64,000 bases of DNA from a virus. The stretch covers positions 9 through 64,008 of the IMG/VR virus record IMGVR_UViG_3300017767_005578. One strand, given 5' to 3'. The position numbers and the translations under genes were made by a program. The notes beneath the pieces are model-generated. The model saw only the letters and a list, made by a program, of their open reading frames with translations, had not been told where the DNA came from and ran no database searches. Of the stretch, positions 37,401-47,500 are shown in pieces; within the stretch, counting starts at the first letter, position 1, and every line of letters begins with the position of its first letter.

Positions 37401-38974
37401 GAGAGTGTTACGATGTCTTAAAAGCTGTTGACCCTGTAAGTGGTGACACAATTAGTTACCACCAAGGTCGTACTCAAGACCAAGACCCATTTAACTTGTT
37501 GGATGGAGCTAAGGGTATATTTACAGGAGGTGATACTTATTATAGAACAAGAAACATAACAACTGCTCCTAGTGGTTTTTATAAAACAAATATAGATAGT
37601 CAGTTAGTTTCTGATTTTTTCCAATCTAAAGTATCAGATATAGGAAGACCTAACATTGTTGATAAAGATGCTCAAAGAGTAAACAGGATAACATCTATTT
37701 ATTATTCTGATAGATTCATACCAGAAACAAATATAAACGGCTTAAACAGCTTCTTTGATACGGCATTTGAAACTTATGACAGAAAGTATGGCTCTATCCA
37801 AAAGTTATTTTCTCAGGATAAGCGTTTAGACTGTTACCAAGAAACAAAAACAGGAAAGATATTAGTAGAGGAGAATGTTATTTTTGACCAATTTGACCAA
37901 GGTACTGTCGCTTCTTCAGCAAAAGTTTTATCAAAAATAATATATTACAGCGGTGACTATGGTACTTTAAATCCAGAAAGCTTTGTAGAAAACGAGGGTA
38001 GAAGATATTGGTTTGATGTTAGAAACGGTAAGGTATTAAGGTTGTCTAATGATGGTATTACTCCTTTATCTGACAAAAAAATGCACGCTTATTTTGAGAG
38101 CAAGAGTAATTTCTACTCAGCTTTTAATTTAATGCCTGAAGTTTGGGGTGTTTTTGATGAGAACTTTGATGAGTATATAATCGCTTTTGGAAGTGTAAGT
38201 AGAGAAGAAGGGTTTACTCCTGATGAACTAGCTTTAGTTTCCTCACAAGCAGATCAGATTACAGAAACTAGGGATGGTCTCACATTTACCTTTGACATCT
38301 TATATACAGCTAACGAACAGGGAGTACCCACAGAGTTTGAGGTTGTAAGAGATTTATCTAACGGAACTTTTATTATAAACAGTGTTGCAGGAGATATATC
38401 TCTGGACAGACAAAGGCTTTTAACAATACCTGCTGAAACATTGGCTTTTTCTGAAAAGACAGGTCATTGGACATCTTTCTATTCTTACGCTCCTGAGTGT
38501 ATGGTTAGAATAGGTATTGATTTCTTAAGCTTTAGAAATGGTCAAGCATATTTGCACAACACCTCTGGAGCGAAAAGAAATAGCTTTTACGGAGAAGAAA
38601 GAGGTAGTGAGGTTTGGGCGGTATTTAATCAAAACCCAAGTAATGTAAAAGTATTCCAAGCGTTAAGCGAGGAGTCTGATTCTGTGTGGCAGGTTAGGGA
38701 TATATTTACTCAAGGAGGTCAGAGAAGTAATTTAACTAAAGACGATTTCTCTGTAGCTTATGGTCAAGGTCACACACTTTATAGTAAAGAAAACATCCAT
38801 TACGCACCTATATGGAAAGACGAGAACACACCTAATGTAGAAAACCCATTAATAGAAGGAGACTCTATGAGAGATGTGAGCATATTGTTTAAGTTAATTA
38901 ACGATTCAACTAATGAAGAGAGGTTGTTTGCGGTTAGCATGAACTACTCACTTTCGGAGCGAAGTAATAGATAA
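34451..38974 (+). CDS. tail stabilisation/muzzle protein (P22 gp10-like / crAss muzzle)
   Basis: 1507 aa; beta-propeller-like N-term (LYFTDGFNPPRKINI, AQAQEYIEGNRLAYGN), C-term YGTLNPES, WTSFYSY.PE. Confidence 0.7.
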   Translation: MGYEKRQFLYGMDLDTEERLIEPGFSRKNVNVRIGSSTDNGVYSAENIQGNTFIPNTELPSGTNKVIGSCWDKLRDLSYYFVYNSEGNHGIFEYNHVESKIDKVMIASVLNFQSEELITGHNVVEFDESNHLLYFTDGFNPPRKINIQKAKAGSYIEPIKEEVIDAIKYPPLKPPTFKFELDENQLVNHLTDKIVQFKAAYVYDDQEESAYSPISIQAIPGDNNVIEVTIPKGGELVKRVIVAFRVGNIGDFLEAEDKDASDYDTDADGNYLYKFKNEKNYNNISLPRSNKLFDSLPQLAQAQEYIEGNRLAYGNITEGYDNVDVNLDLEVDYEPEFSTSENTIKGFLRISNARQPSNKAYSRYQPITRTGDSSTYAFGGFGKNTTVPNTGLRSSYQQQIPLGGFVIYLAGTDYYCVSTQIPEGGSGSSSAAPLQDGRGVYLATSTNQNNRIRNAIEGPSGGNTPYPESRVFSTWEMNNVPDGTYIMRVASHWTTEADLQDPERSYQKTSTFLNRIGFGVIDIPTGEVQQPVKELQVTVSNGQILDNIEVIIADLSDTVIFAGNLPFNNAGYVCDFVQDDYTQFVNPASVAEALGQKRIELCLVNYTGPDGSFSNFTDHNGFFFSSPKDSTSIQKITSGVEQYSFNTDAYNLLDTSTNPTASFPSNQTPGSTKFWVLPNKNTGLTKKSRTKFTVIVKDALGIPQSDVSIVSSQGDVQETNTNGEAPFIAYSPGNSVGFLFERTLNFIPTLNYGVIGNYNPVLLTDTVTIGSVGNQNDDTKDLEDIILTIQTTSDASKLKNGGVYSFGIVYYDRANRSGTTNFGYNLDLPFYDTQITTAPVVGWEITNAAPSWATHYQIVRTLNTELSKYIQWFTSDVSYSVGGTNFNDASIIDFDITNLTDEYKTTNPDSVLVYDFTTGDRMRLIKDANNNYYEDYIDLKVVSFEAGILKVKNDIQDKDLTGGAFFEIYTPKLDVDQEIYYEIGECYDVLKAVDPVSGDTISYHQGRTQDQDPFNLLDGAKGIFTGGDTYYRTRNITTAPSGFYKTNIDSQLVSDFFQSKVSDIGRPNIVDKDAQRVNRITSIYYSDRFIPETNINGLNSFFDTAFETYDRKYGSIQKLFSQDKRLDCYQETKTGKILVEENVIFDQFDQGTVASSAKVLSKIIYYSGDYGTLNPESFVENEGRRYWFDVRNGKVLRLSNDGITPLSDKKMHAYFESKSNFYSAFNLMPEVWGVFDENFDEYIIAFGSVSREEGFTPDELALVSSQADQITETRDGLTFTFDILYTANEQGVPTEFEVVRDLSNGTFIINSVAGDISLDRQRLLTIPAETLAFSEKTGHWTSFYSYAPECMVRIGIDFLSFRNGQAYLHNTSGAKRNSFYGEERGSEVWAVFNQNPSNVKVFQALSEESDSVWQVRDIFTQGGQRSNLTKDDFSVAYGQGHTLYSKENIHYAPIWKDENTPNVENPLIEGDSMRDVSILFKLINDSTNEERLFAVSMNYSLSERSNR

Positions 38975-39008
38975 TATATATTTCATAAATTAGTAAAAAG
39001 AAAAAGAT

Positions 39009-39776
39009 ATGCCAATACCATTAGCACTAGCACTAGCACCAGCAGTAATCCAAGCAGGAACAGGTATCTACCAGGCTGTAAGAGGTAATCAGTTGAGAAG
39101 CTCTATGGATAGACCAACTTATGAAATCCCTCAAGAGATTTTAGATAGCTTAACAGATGCTCAAATCCAAGCTCTAAGAGGTATGCCTGCTGAACAGAAA
39201 GAACAATATTTAAGCAATATAATGAGAGCGCAACAGGCTTCTTTTGATGCTATGGGTGATAGAAAAGCAGGATTGGCAGGATTGCCTGGGGTTCAGCAAA
39301 CAGCTTTGGATGCTTATAGAAATATGTTGTCAATGGATGCTCAACAAAGGCAAGCGAATGAGCAGGCTTTACAGAACACTAGAGGCGTTGTTGCAGGTTT
39401 TAAGGATAAAGAATTTGAGTACAATCAAGCTTTGCCTTATCAACAAACTATGGCAGCGGCAGAAGGAATGACAGGAGCAGGAATGCAAAACATTATGGGT
39501 GGTGTTCAGGCAGGTTCTCAAATGGGATTAGACGCTATGCAGTTTAATCAGTATATGAATGCTTTAGGTGGTTCAGGATCTACTGTTCCAACTACAGTTG
39601 CTTCAACAACAGCTACTGTTCCAACTAATCCAACTTTTCCTCCACCTAACAACATGGGTATATATAACCAAGGTCAAGCATCTCCTTTTAATAATGATTA
39701 CTCGTTTGGGAATATTTATAACAACAGTAGTCTTCGTTATAATCCTGATAACAAATTTAAAATACCAGGGCAATGA
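39009..39776 (+). CDS. probable ejection/internal virion protein
   Basis: Hydrophobic Ala/Gly N-terminus, Gln/Ala-rich helices, located after the muzzle gene. Confidence 0.55.
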   Translation: MPIPLALALAPAVIQAGTGIYQAVRGNQLRSSMDRPTYEIPQEILDSLTDAQIQALRGMPAEQKEQYLSNIMRAQQASFDAMGDRKAGLAGLPGVQQTALDAYRNMLSMDAQQRQANEQALQNTRGVVAGFKDKEFEYNQALPYQQTMAAAEGMTGAGMQNIMGGVQAGSQMGLDAMQFNQYMNALGGSGSTVPTTVASTTATVPTNPTFPPPNNMGIYNQGQASPFNNDYSFGNIYNNSSLRYNPDNKFKIPGQ

Positions 39777-39973
39777 TTTCAGATAACTTAGGAATATATA
39801 ATTCGTATAAAAGGGCAAAAGCTATGGATGAGGTAAGGTCTACACCTTTTTCTCCTCCGCAGGCTGAAAGTTCACCAGAGATGGGAGGTGATGATAAAAC
39901 TAAAAAATTTACTCCAGAGGATCATAAAAGATACAATGAGTTAAGAAGGCGTATGTCTATAAAAAGAAGGTAA
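39773..39973 (+). CDS. small hypothetical protein
   Basis: ORF track; coupled to neighbours. Confidence 0.45.
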   Translation: MISDNLGIYNSYKRAKAMDEVRSTPFSPPQAESSPEMGGDDKTKKFTPEDHKRYNELRRRMSIKRR

Positions 39974-39978
39974 CTATA

Positions 39979-41580
39979 ATGGCAAAGAAAAACAACCCTA
40001 CAGGTTTATCTACAGGACAAGGAAAAGGTGCGGCTCAAGTTTTTGGGAACACTTATAATCCTTATTTTAAGGAAAGGCTAACAGAGGCAAAAAAGAAAGA
40101 CGAAGAGGTTACTGATGCTATAGCTAAGGCTTCTGATATGAGTCAGTTATGGTCTAGGGATGTTGGTACTTTTAAGCCAATGGTTAATGATTTGCAGCAG
40201 TTTTATAGAGACAATGCTAGAGCAATAATTAAAGGTGATTTTGATGCCACACTTAAGCTTAGGCAGAAGCAGAATGAAATGGCTCAACATGTTGCCTCAT
40301 CAAAAGATACTCAAAAGTATGCTAACGAGTTGTTAAAGTTGATAAACAAGCCAGGTTCTAATTATACAGAAGAGTCTAGACAGAAGGTTTTTGACTTTGT
40401 TAGTGAAGCCCAAGCTGGAAATTTTGATACTTCAGGATTGATATTAAGTGAAAAATATGATGCGGCAGATACCTTGAAGGCTATGACCGATGAGATTAGT
40501 AAAATAAAATATGATTATGACACGCCTGTAGTAAAAACAATAGGAGGTAAGAAAGTTATGATAAACAAAGGTGTTCAGTCTACTGAAGGGATTGAATTTA
40601 TTGTGGATTCATACATAGATAAAGATATTAAATTTTACGGTGAAGAAGCTAGGAAATATTACACTCCAGAAAGAAGGCAAGAGCTTATAGACAAAGGGGT
40701 AGCAGCAGCAGGATCAACTCAGCAAGCTTATGGATTTACGGATTATACTCAACCTAGACCAACACAAAGAGGTCAAGAAAAAATAGAGGCTGCTAATAGA
40801 AGAAATATTTTATTAGGAACAGTTCATTATGATAAAGACACTGATAAGGCTAACGTAGAGCTTTCTAACTTAGTGAATCAAATAAACAAGTCTTATGGTA
40901 AACAGCAAATTATTAAAGCTGTAAGAGAAACTCCTAAAGAAAACCCAAGATTAGCAACAACTTCTGTGGTTATAACTATGTCTAATGGGGATAAAAAGGT
41001 AATACCTTTAGGTGTAGGTTTTGAGGAGCAGTTAAACTCGTTTATAAACAACACAGGGGTAGAAAATGTTATTACTAATGAAGAAAGGGTTAGTGGTAGT
41101 CCATACACCAAGCCTAAAGATTATTTAGAGGTTCAAGAAGGCGATCAAGGTGTTCATGATTGGAAATTTGCATTCAAGAAAATGGCAGCTTTTTCTAAGG
41201 GTATTAAAAATATATTTACAGACTTAGACGGCTCTGCAACGAGTCAGTGGATAGGAGGTTTTGCCTCAAGCGAAAACCAAGCGAAAATGAAAGAAGTAAA
41301 AGGTTCTCTTTCGAGTTCAAATGAAAAAACAAGAGAGGGAGCTTGGTCTGATTTATTGACTGAATCTTGGTCGGGAGCAAATCATGACGGCAAGTCTATA
41401 TCTTCGGTAAAAGCAGAAAGTGCTTCTGGTTCTTCAGATTATATTACAATAACTTATAGCGATGGCACTACATCAGCAGAGATAAAAACAAACTCTGATG
41501 GCTTCACTAACCTTTTAAAAGGTTTAGGAAGTAAAACCTCAAAGCTATTACCTCCATTAAAATTCCCACCAAAACCATAA
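39979..41580 (+). CDS. probable ejection/internal virion protein
   Basis: 533 aa helical; position. Confidence 0.5.
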   Translation: MAKKNNPTGLSTGQGKGAAQVFGNTYNPYFKERLTEAKKKDEEVTDAIAKASDMSQLWSRDVGTFKPMVNDLQQFYRDNARAIIKGDFDATLKLRQKQNEMAQHVASSKDTQKYANELLKLINKPGSNYTEESRQKVFDFVSEAQAGNFDTSGLILSEKYDAADTLKAMTDEISKIKYDYDTPVVKTIGGKKVMINKGVQSTEGIEFIVDSYIDKDIKFYGEEARKYYTPERRQELIDKGVAAAGSTQQAYGFTDYTQPRPTQRGQEKIEAANRRNILLGTVHYDKDTDKANVELSNLVNQINKSYGKQQIIKAVRETPKENPRLATTSVVITMSNGDKKVIPLGVGFEEQLNSFINNTGVENVITNEERVSGSPYTKPKDYLEVQEGDQGVHDWKFAFKKMAAFSKGIKNIFTDLDGSATSQWIGGFASSENQAKMKEVKGSLSSSNEKTREGAWSDLLTESWSGANHDGKSISSVKAESASGSSDYITITYSDGTTSAEIKTNSDGFTNLLKGLGSKTSKLLPPLKFPPKP

Positions 41581-41583
41581 AAA

Positions 41584-44500
41584 ATGCCAGACAGTATAAG
41601 TATAAATATCCCAGAATACGGTAGTTTCACTAAAGAGCAACTTCAAGAAGAGTATGGTGAAAATTGGTTACAAGCGATAGATCAGCTCAATGGAACTGTT
41701 GATGTTCCTGATTATGGTAGTTATAGCTACTCAGAATTAAAAGAATCTTATGGCGAGAACATTGAGGATGCTTTAGACCAACTTTCGGGTAAAAAAAAAG
41801 ACCAAGAAGAGCCTCAAGAAGAAGTTCAAGAAGTGGTTCAGGAAGAACCTCAAGAGGTGGTTCAAGAAGATACGGAATCTGTATCGGAAGATGGTTCTTT
41901 GGAATCTCAAGATTGGAGGGGTGAGCAAAAGAAGTCAGTAACTCCTGTTGTAACTTCTGACGAAGAGACTTTTAAATCTTTACAACAACAAGGAAGATTA
42001 GAAGAAGAGAAAAAGGAAGAGTTTTTAGAGGCTTCAGAACAAAAAGCAGAGTCTGATTTTAGACCTAAAGAAGAAAAAGGAGGTCAAGAGGCTGTTTCTA
42101 AATTTTTAACAGAAAACAATTTTAGCTCTTTAGACGCACTGCCTACTGAGTTTTTAGAAACAATAAAAGAGCAAAATCCTACTGTGTTTAACACAGATAT
42201 AGAAAGAAATTTATACTCTGCTAGAAACGAAGAATTAACAAGCATTTCAAAATCTTATTTAGAAAACAGAAAAAATGCTATTCAATCAGAAGAAGTTTCG
42301 GCTGGAAAGACAGAAGAAGAGGCTAAGAAAATAGCAGATTTAGAGATACAAGATGAAACTGGTAGAATTGGTATTTCTAGTCTAGGGTATGATGAAGATG
42401 AAATAAACCAATACAAAGGTGCGATAAAAAATAGGTCAAATGCTTTATTAAAAATAAGCAAGATAAAAAGAGACCCTAGTAAAAAAGCAGAGTTAGAAAA
42501 GCTACAGGAAATAGTTAAAGTTTCTGATAAAAAAATATCAGAATTAAGAGAAAACTCAGACAAGGCTTTTATAGATGAAAACGGTGATGTAAACAAAGAC
42601 CTTAAGGAGGATGTAAAGCAAAGAGAAATAGGTTTTGAAAAAGAGTATAAATCAGATTACGTTAAGCTCCATGATAGACTAAAGTTAGAGATAGCCAAGA
42701 GAGATGCTCTTAGAGAAAACTTTGTTAAAACATTAACTCCTGAGCAGTATCAAAATTTTGGTGGAGATAAGTTTATAATAAACAAAGGAACAGATAACGA
42801 GCAAGAAAAAGGTGCTTATGCTACTGTTGATAATATACTAGGAGGTAAGGATGCTGATTATTCTGAATATTTCATGGGAGATATTTATGATGCTAAATTA
42901 AAAGCAAAATCAGAATCTTATGTAGAGGCTTACGACGATGCTGATAGAAACATCACAGCACTATCAAGGTTATTATTACTCAACGAAGACCCTGCTGCTG
43001 TAGAAAGAGGTTGGGGTACTGTTTTTAGTGCAGAGGATAGTGAGTTTTATTTACCAGGTTTAGACAAGTTTGGTGAGGTTGTTACGTCTTTTGGTGAATC
43101 TATTTATGAGGAAATAACAGGAGTGGACTACAGCTCTAATCTTGATTTTAGGCAAAATGCAGTTAATATCCTTCAAGACGAAGGAATGAAACTGACCGAA
43201 GAGCAAATAGAAGCAGGGGAAAAGAATTTTTCAGAAAAACTAGGAGAAACTTTAGGGGTTTCAGGGGCGATAGGTTTAGAGATTCTAGCAACTAGAAATG
43301 TTATAGGTGGCGGTTACAAGCTTTTAAACATACCTAAATATTTGTCTAAAATTTCTTACTTAAGAAAAAGCCCTAAGCTTGTTAAGTTTTTAGACAACAC
43401 AGCAGAAATAGTAACAGAAGGTTTAGCTTTTGAACTTGCTGATGATAGAACAGATTTCTTCATGGGTGCGGCAGAGTCTACTTCAGCAAAAGGTTTTGAT
43501 GCTTTAATAAGTAAGCTTTCCAAGTCTAAGTATGGTAAGTTCCTAAAGTACTTAGATAATTACGCAGGTAGATTTGCAAAAGAGGTTACATCAAGAACGG
43601 TTGGTGGTGTTACAGAGGAGTATGTTGGTGATTTTGTTTCTGAAGGTGTTAAGAATGGATTCTTCACAGAGGAGCAATATAAAAATGTTTTTGGAGAGGG
43701 CGAAGAAGGTGTAGAGAAGTTTTTACTTACTCTAGGGTCTGTTGGGTTTATGACCTTCCCTACAGGATTTGTAGAAGCTGCTAAGAAGAGAGCTGAAGGA
43801 GACCCTACGGGTTCTTTAGCACAAGCTATAGAGGCTTATGAGTCAGCTCAGAACCCAGAGGTTACTACTGAAAAAGTTAAAAAATCAATAGAAAATCTTA
43901 CTAACACACTAAAAGGAGAAGATGTTGATTTAGAAGGTTTAACAGATGAGAAAAAATTAGAGATTATTGGTTTAGATGTTTTTGATAAGAACCAAAGAGC
44001 AGTAGACGCTAAAGAGAAAGATGCTGAGATTGAGAAAATAGTAGGAGAAGAAGTGGAGTCAGAACCTCAAAGACTAGATGATATGTCTGAAGAGGAACTA
44101 GAGGCATACGCTAAGGAGAATGATATAGATGTATCAGAGTTAAAGAAAAAAGCGAAGGCTAAAGAACCTCAAAGACTAGATGATATGTCTGAAGAGGAGT
44201 TAGAGGTATACGCTAAAGAGAATGATATAGATGTATCAGAGCTAAAGAAAAAAGCGAAGGCTACAGAAGCTAAAACAGAAGAAGTTACAACTGAAGAAAC
44301 TACTGAAGATGCTTTAACTTCTGAAACTGTAACAGATAAAAAGGGAAGAACACTTACTTATTTTGAAAATACAGAAACTAAAGACGGTATAACAAAAACC
44401 ACTTATACATTTAACAGAAGTGACAAAGATTCTTCTCAAAGAAATACAACTGGGGTTAAACCAGAAGTAGCTTTAGATAATAAAGGATATGAGGTAACAG

Positions 44501-47500
44501 AAGACTCTGCTCCAGTTGGTGCAAAAATAAATAAAGTTTTTGAAGTTAGAGTTGATAAAAACAATCCCAATAAAGCAGCTGCTACTGTAGAATTTATATC
44601 AGAAGATGGAAAAATTTTTAGAGGTGAAGTAAAGTTAAAGCAAACACAACAAGCTACAACTGATACAACTACTGAAGAGGTTGTTGAGGAAGGTGACACA
44701 TTTACTCAAGAAGAATTAGACCAAGAGATAACCAAAGATAACTTACAATCAACAATAGATAAAATAGACTCTTTACAGAAAAAGATAAGAAGTACTACAA
44801 AATCTGATCTAGGTTTTTCTGCTGCTTTGGATGCTGTTCTTACTCTTACAAAAGCAGCTTTAAAAACAACTAAAACTTTTAGAGATGCTTACAATATTGC
44901 TGTCTCTAAATTTAGAGACCAAGACGGTTATAAAAAACTAACTGATGAGCAAAAAAACAAATTAGATTCTTTTTCTGAAAAAGAATTTAAAGACGCTTTA
45001 AAAGAAGAGTCAGAGAAAGCAGTTGAGCGAGGTGGCACATTTAATAAAGCAAAAGAAGCGTATAAGAAGGCTGGGGAATCAGGTTTAGATACAAAAGAAT
45101 CAATTTCAGAATCTTTTAAAACAGTAGAAAGAGCAGACTGGTATAAGTCTTTAAGCAAAGAAGACCAACAAGAAATAAAGGCAGACTATGTAAATAGGCT
45201 TGTTCCGAACTTTGAATCAGAGGGTAAGCCTCCTAAAAAGAACAGAAAAGGAATACCTAAGCTTGATGAGTCTAAAAAGATTATAACCACCGAAAAGCAA
45301 CAGTTAAAAAAGAGATTAATAGAGCAGAGAAAAGGTGCTAACAACTTAAGAAAATCACAACAAAAAATGATTGATGATTTGTTTGAGTCTATAGAAACCA
45401 ATTCAAAAAGCTTAACGAAAGCACAGCTAAAAGCAGCCTTAAAAAGAGCAGCAAAAGCAGACCCTGCTAAGATTAATGATTTCTTAGAATTAAGAGATAG
45501 CATAAACAAACAACTAAAAAAAGGAGAGCTAAAAGAAAAGAAAGCTGAGGCAAAAAGAATACAGTCAAGATTAAAAAGAAAAGCTAAAAAAACTACAGGT
45601 TTTAGAAAGTCTTTAGCGTTGGATTTATCCAGGTTAAACATAAACAGAGTAGATGACATAGACGCTTTCCTAGATGCTGCTAATGGACTTATTAAGTCTT
45701 TAGATGGTAAGGCTAGTATGAAAGATGTTAAAGATCAAACACAAGACATAATAGCTAAAGCATTAGATGCAGAAACTAAGTTTAGAGAAAAAAAACAAGA
45801 ACTTATTGAAGAAGCTTTAAAAGAAGAGTATGATGCAGCAAACCTTAGCATGTCTTTTGAAGAGTATAGAAAATTAAAAGAAGAGCAATCTAAACAGGAT
45901 GCCAAAGATAAAAAGTTAGAAGCAGCAGCCGAAGCTAGAGAGGATATGGTTAATTGGCTTAACTCTAGAATTGATAAGTTAAGAACTGATTTTAATGACC
46001 TAACAGACGGAATGACTGAGAGGCAAAAGGCAATCGTAAAAGATTTAATTAATGCTAAAAATCTTCTTAATAAAAAAGACGGTAAGGGAGAATACTTGTT
46101 ATTGGATAGTGAGTCTTTAATGGATTTGCATTCTGCAATAGATGAGGTTTTCACTTTTAATTCAACAGCAGGTGTTAATAAAATTGCAACAGCTTTAAAG
46201 TCAATTAAAAAAGCAGAAACATTTAGGATTAAGCTAAACAATATGATTGATGCTGGATTATTTACTAAAGGAATATTTGGTAAAAACACAGGTAACTTAT
46301 CAGCTTATGCTAAAGCAGCTACAATATCAGAAAGGGCTGCTAAAGATTTTGCATCTATTCTTTTTGGAGAATATAACAAAAGCTGGAATAAAACTCAAGA
46401 AGAAACAGAAGCATTCCTAAAAAGAAGAGCAAAAAAAAGAGATGAGCTAAAGATAAAAGAAAGACAGTCTAATAAAATTGGCGTTATATCTTGGTTAACA
46501 CAAGAAGATGAAGGATTGACTGTCGAGGAGTCTAACAAAAACTTAAAAGAGAAAATTGAATCTTTAAAGAATCAGATAAAAAAATTAAAAGAAGTTGGTA
46601 GAACAAAAGGTAAGAGTTATAGGATAACTAAAAGAGCAGAAACAAGAAAGGCTGAATTATTAGAAAAAATAGTAAAAGACTTAAATTTAGATAGTATAGA
46701 AACTAAGGTAGACCCTGTAACAGGAGAAAGTAATTTAGAAAATCTTTTAACACCTAACGAAAAGGAGTTTTTAAACTTTTTAAAAGACGAATTTGAGCAG
46801 TTGAAAGAGCCTTTAGCAGAATCTTATCTAAACGCTAAGGGGGAAGAAATTACTTTTGTAAAAAACTACCTACCTACTTTTGCTAAAAAATTAGGTGCAA
46901 AATCTGATGTAGAACTTGATAGTGATTTTTCATCTACAGGTATGTCGGCAGATCCTTCTGGTAGAACTATTCAAAGAACAGAAGTAGATACAACAGGAAA
47001 CACTTCTTATAATTTTGATGTGTTAGGAACTACAGAAGCTGGTTATGGTCAAATATCAAATGACATTAATTCGCTTTTTGAAAAACAAGTTTTAATTAAT
47101 GTTGTTAAATCTAAGCCTGTAAAAAAACTATATATACAAGAAGGTCAAGATCTAGCTGACCAGTATAATGTTTTACAAGAAAGGGTTAAAACATTAATTA
47201 ATAAGAGAAACCCCAACTTCGCAAGAGATATTGGTCTTGCTAACGAGTATTATAGATTTGCTGAAAATGCTGTTAGAAACACTATTGCTCTACCTCTAAG
47301 GAATACTTTTCAGTTAGCTAAACAGTTAGCTCCTATTGTTTTAAATACCGCAATAAAGAACCCTGTATTTTTTGCTCAAGGGTTTACTTTAACAACTCTT
47401 TCAATGGGGAAAAACAGACAGTTTGTTGATGCTTTGTTAAAAAAAGCGTCAAATACATCTTTAAGGGTTTTGGAAGGAGACGAGAGTTTAGCAAAAACAA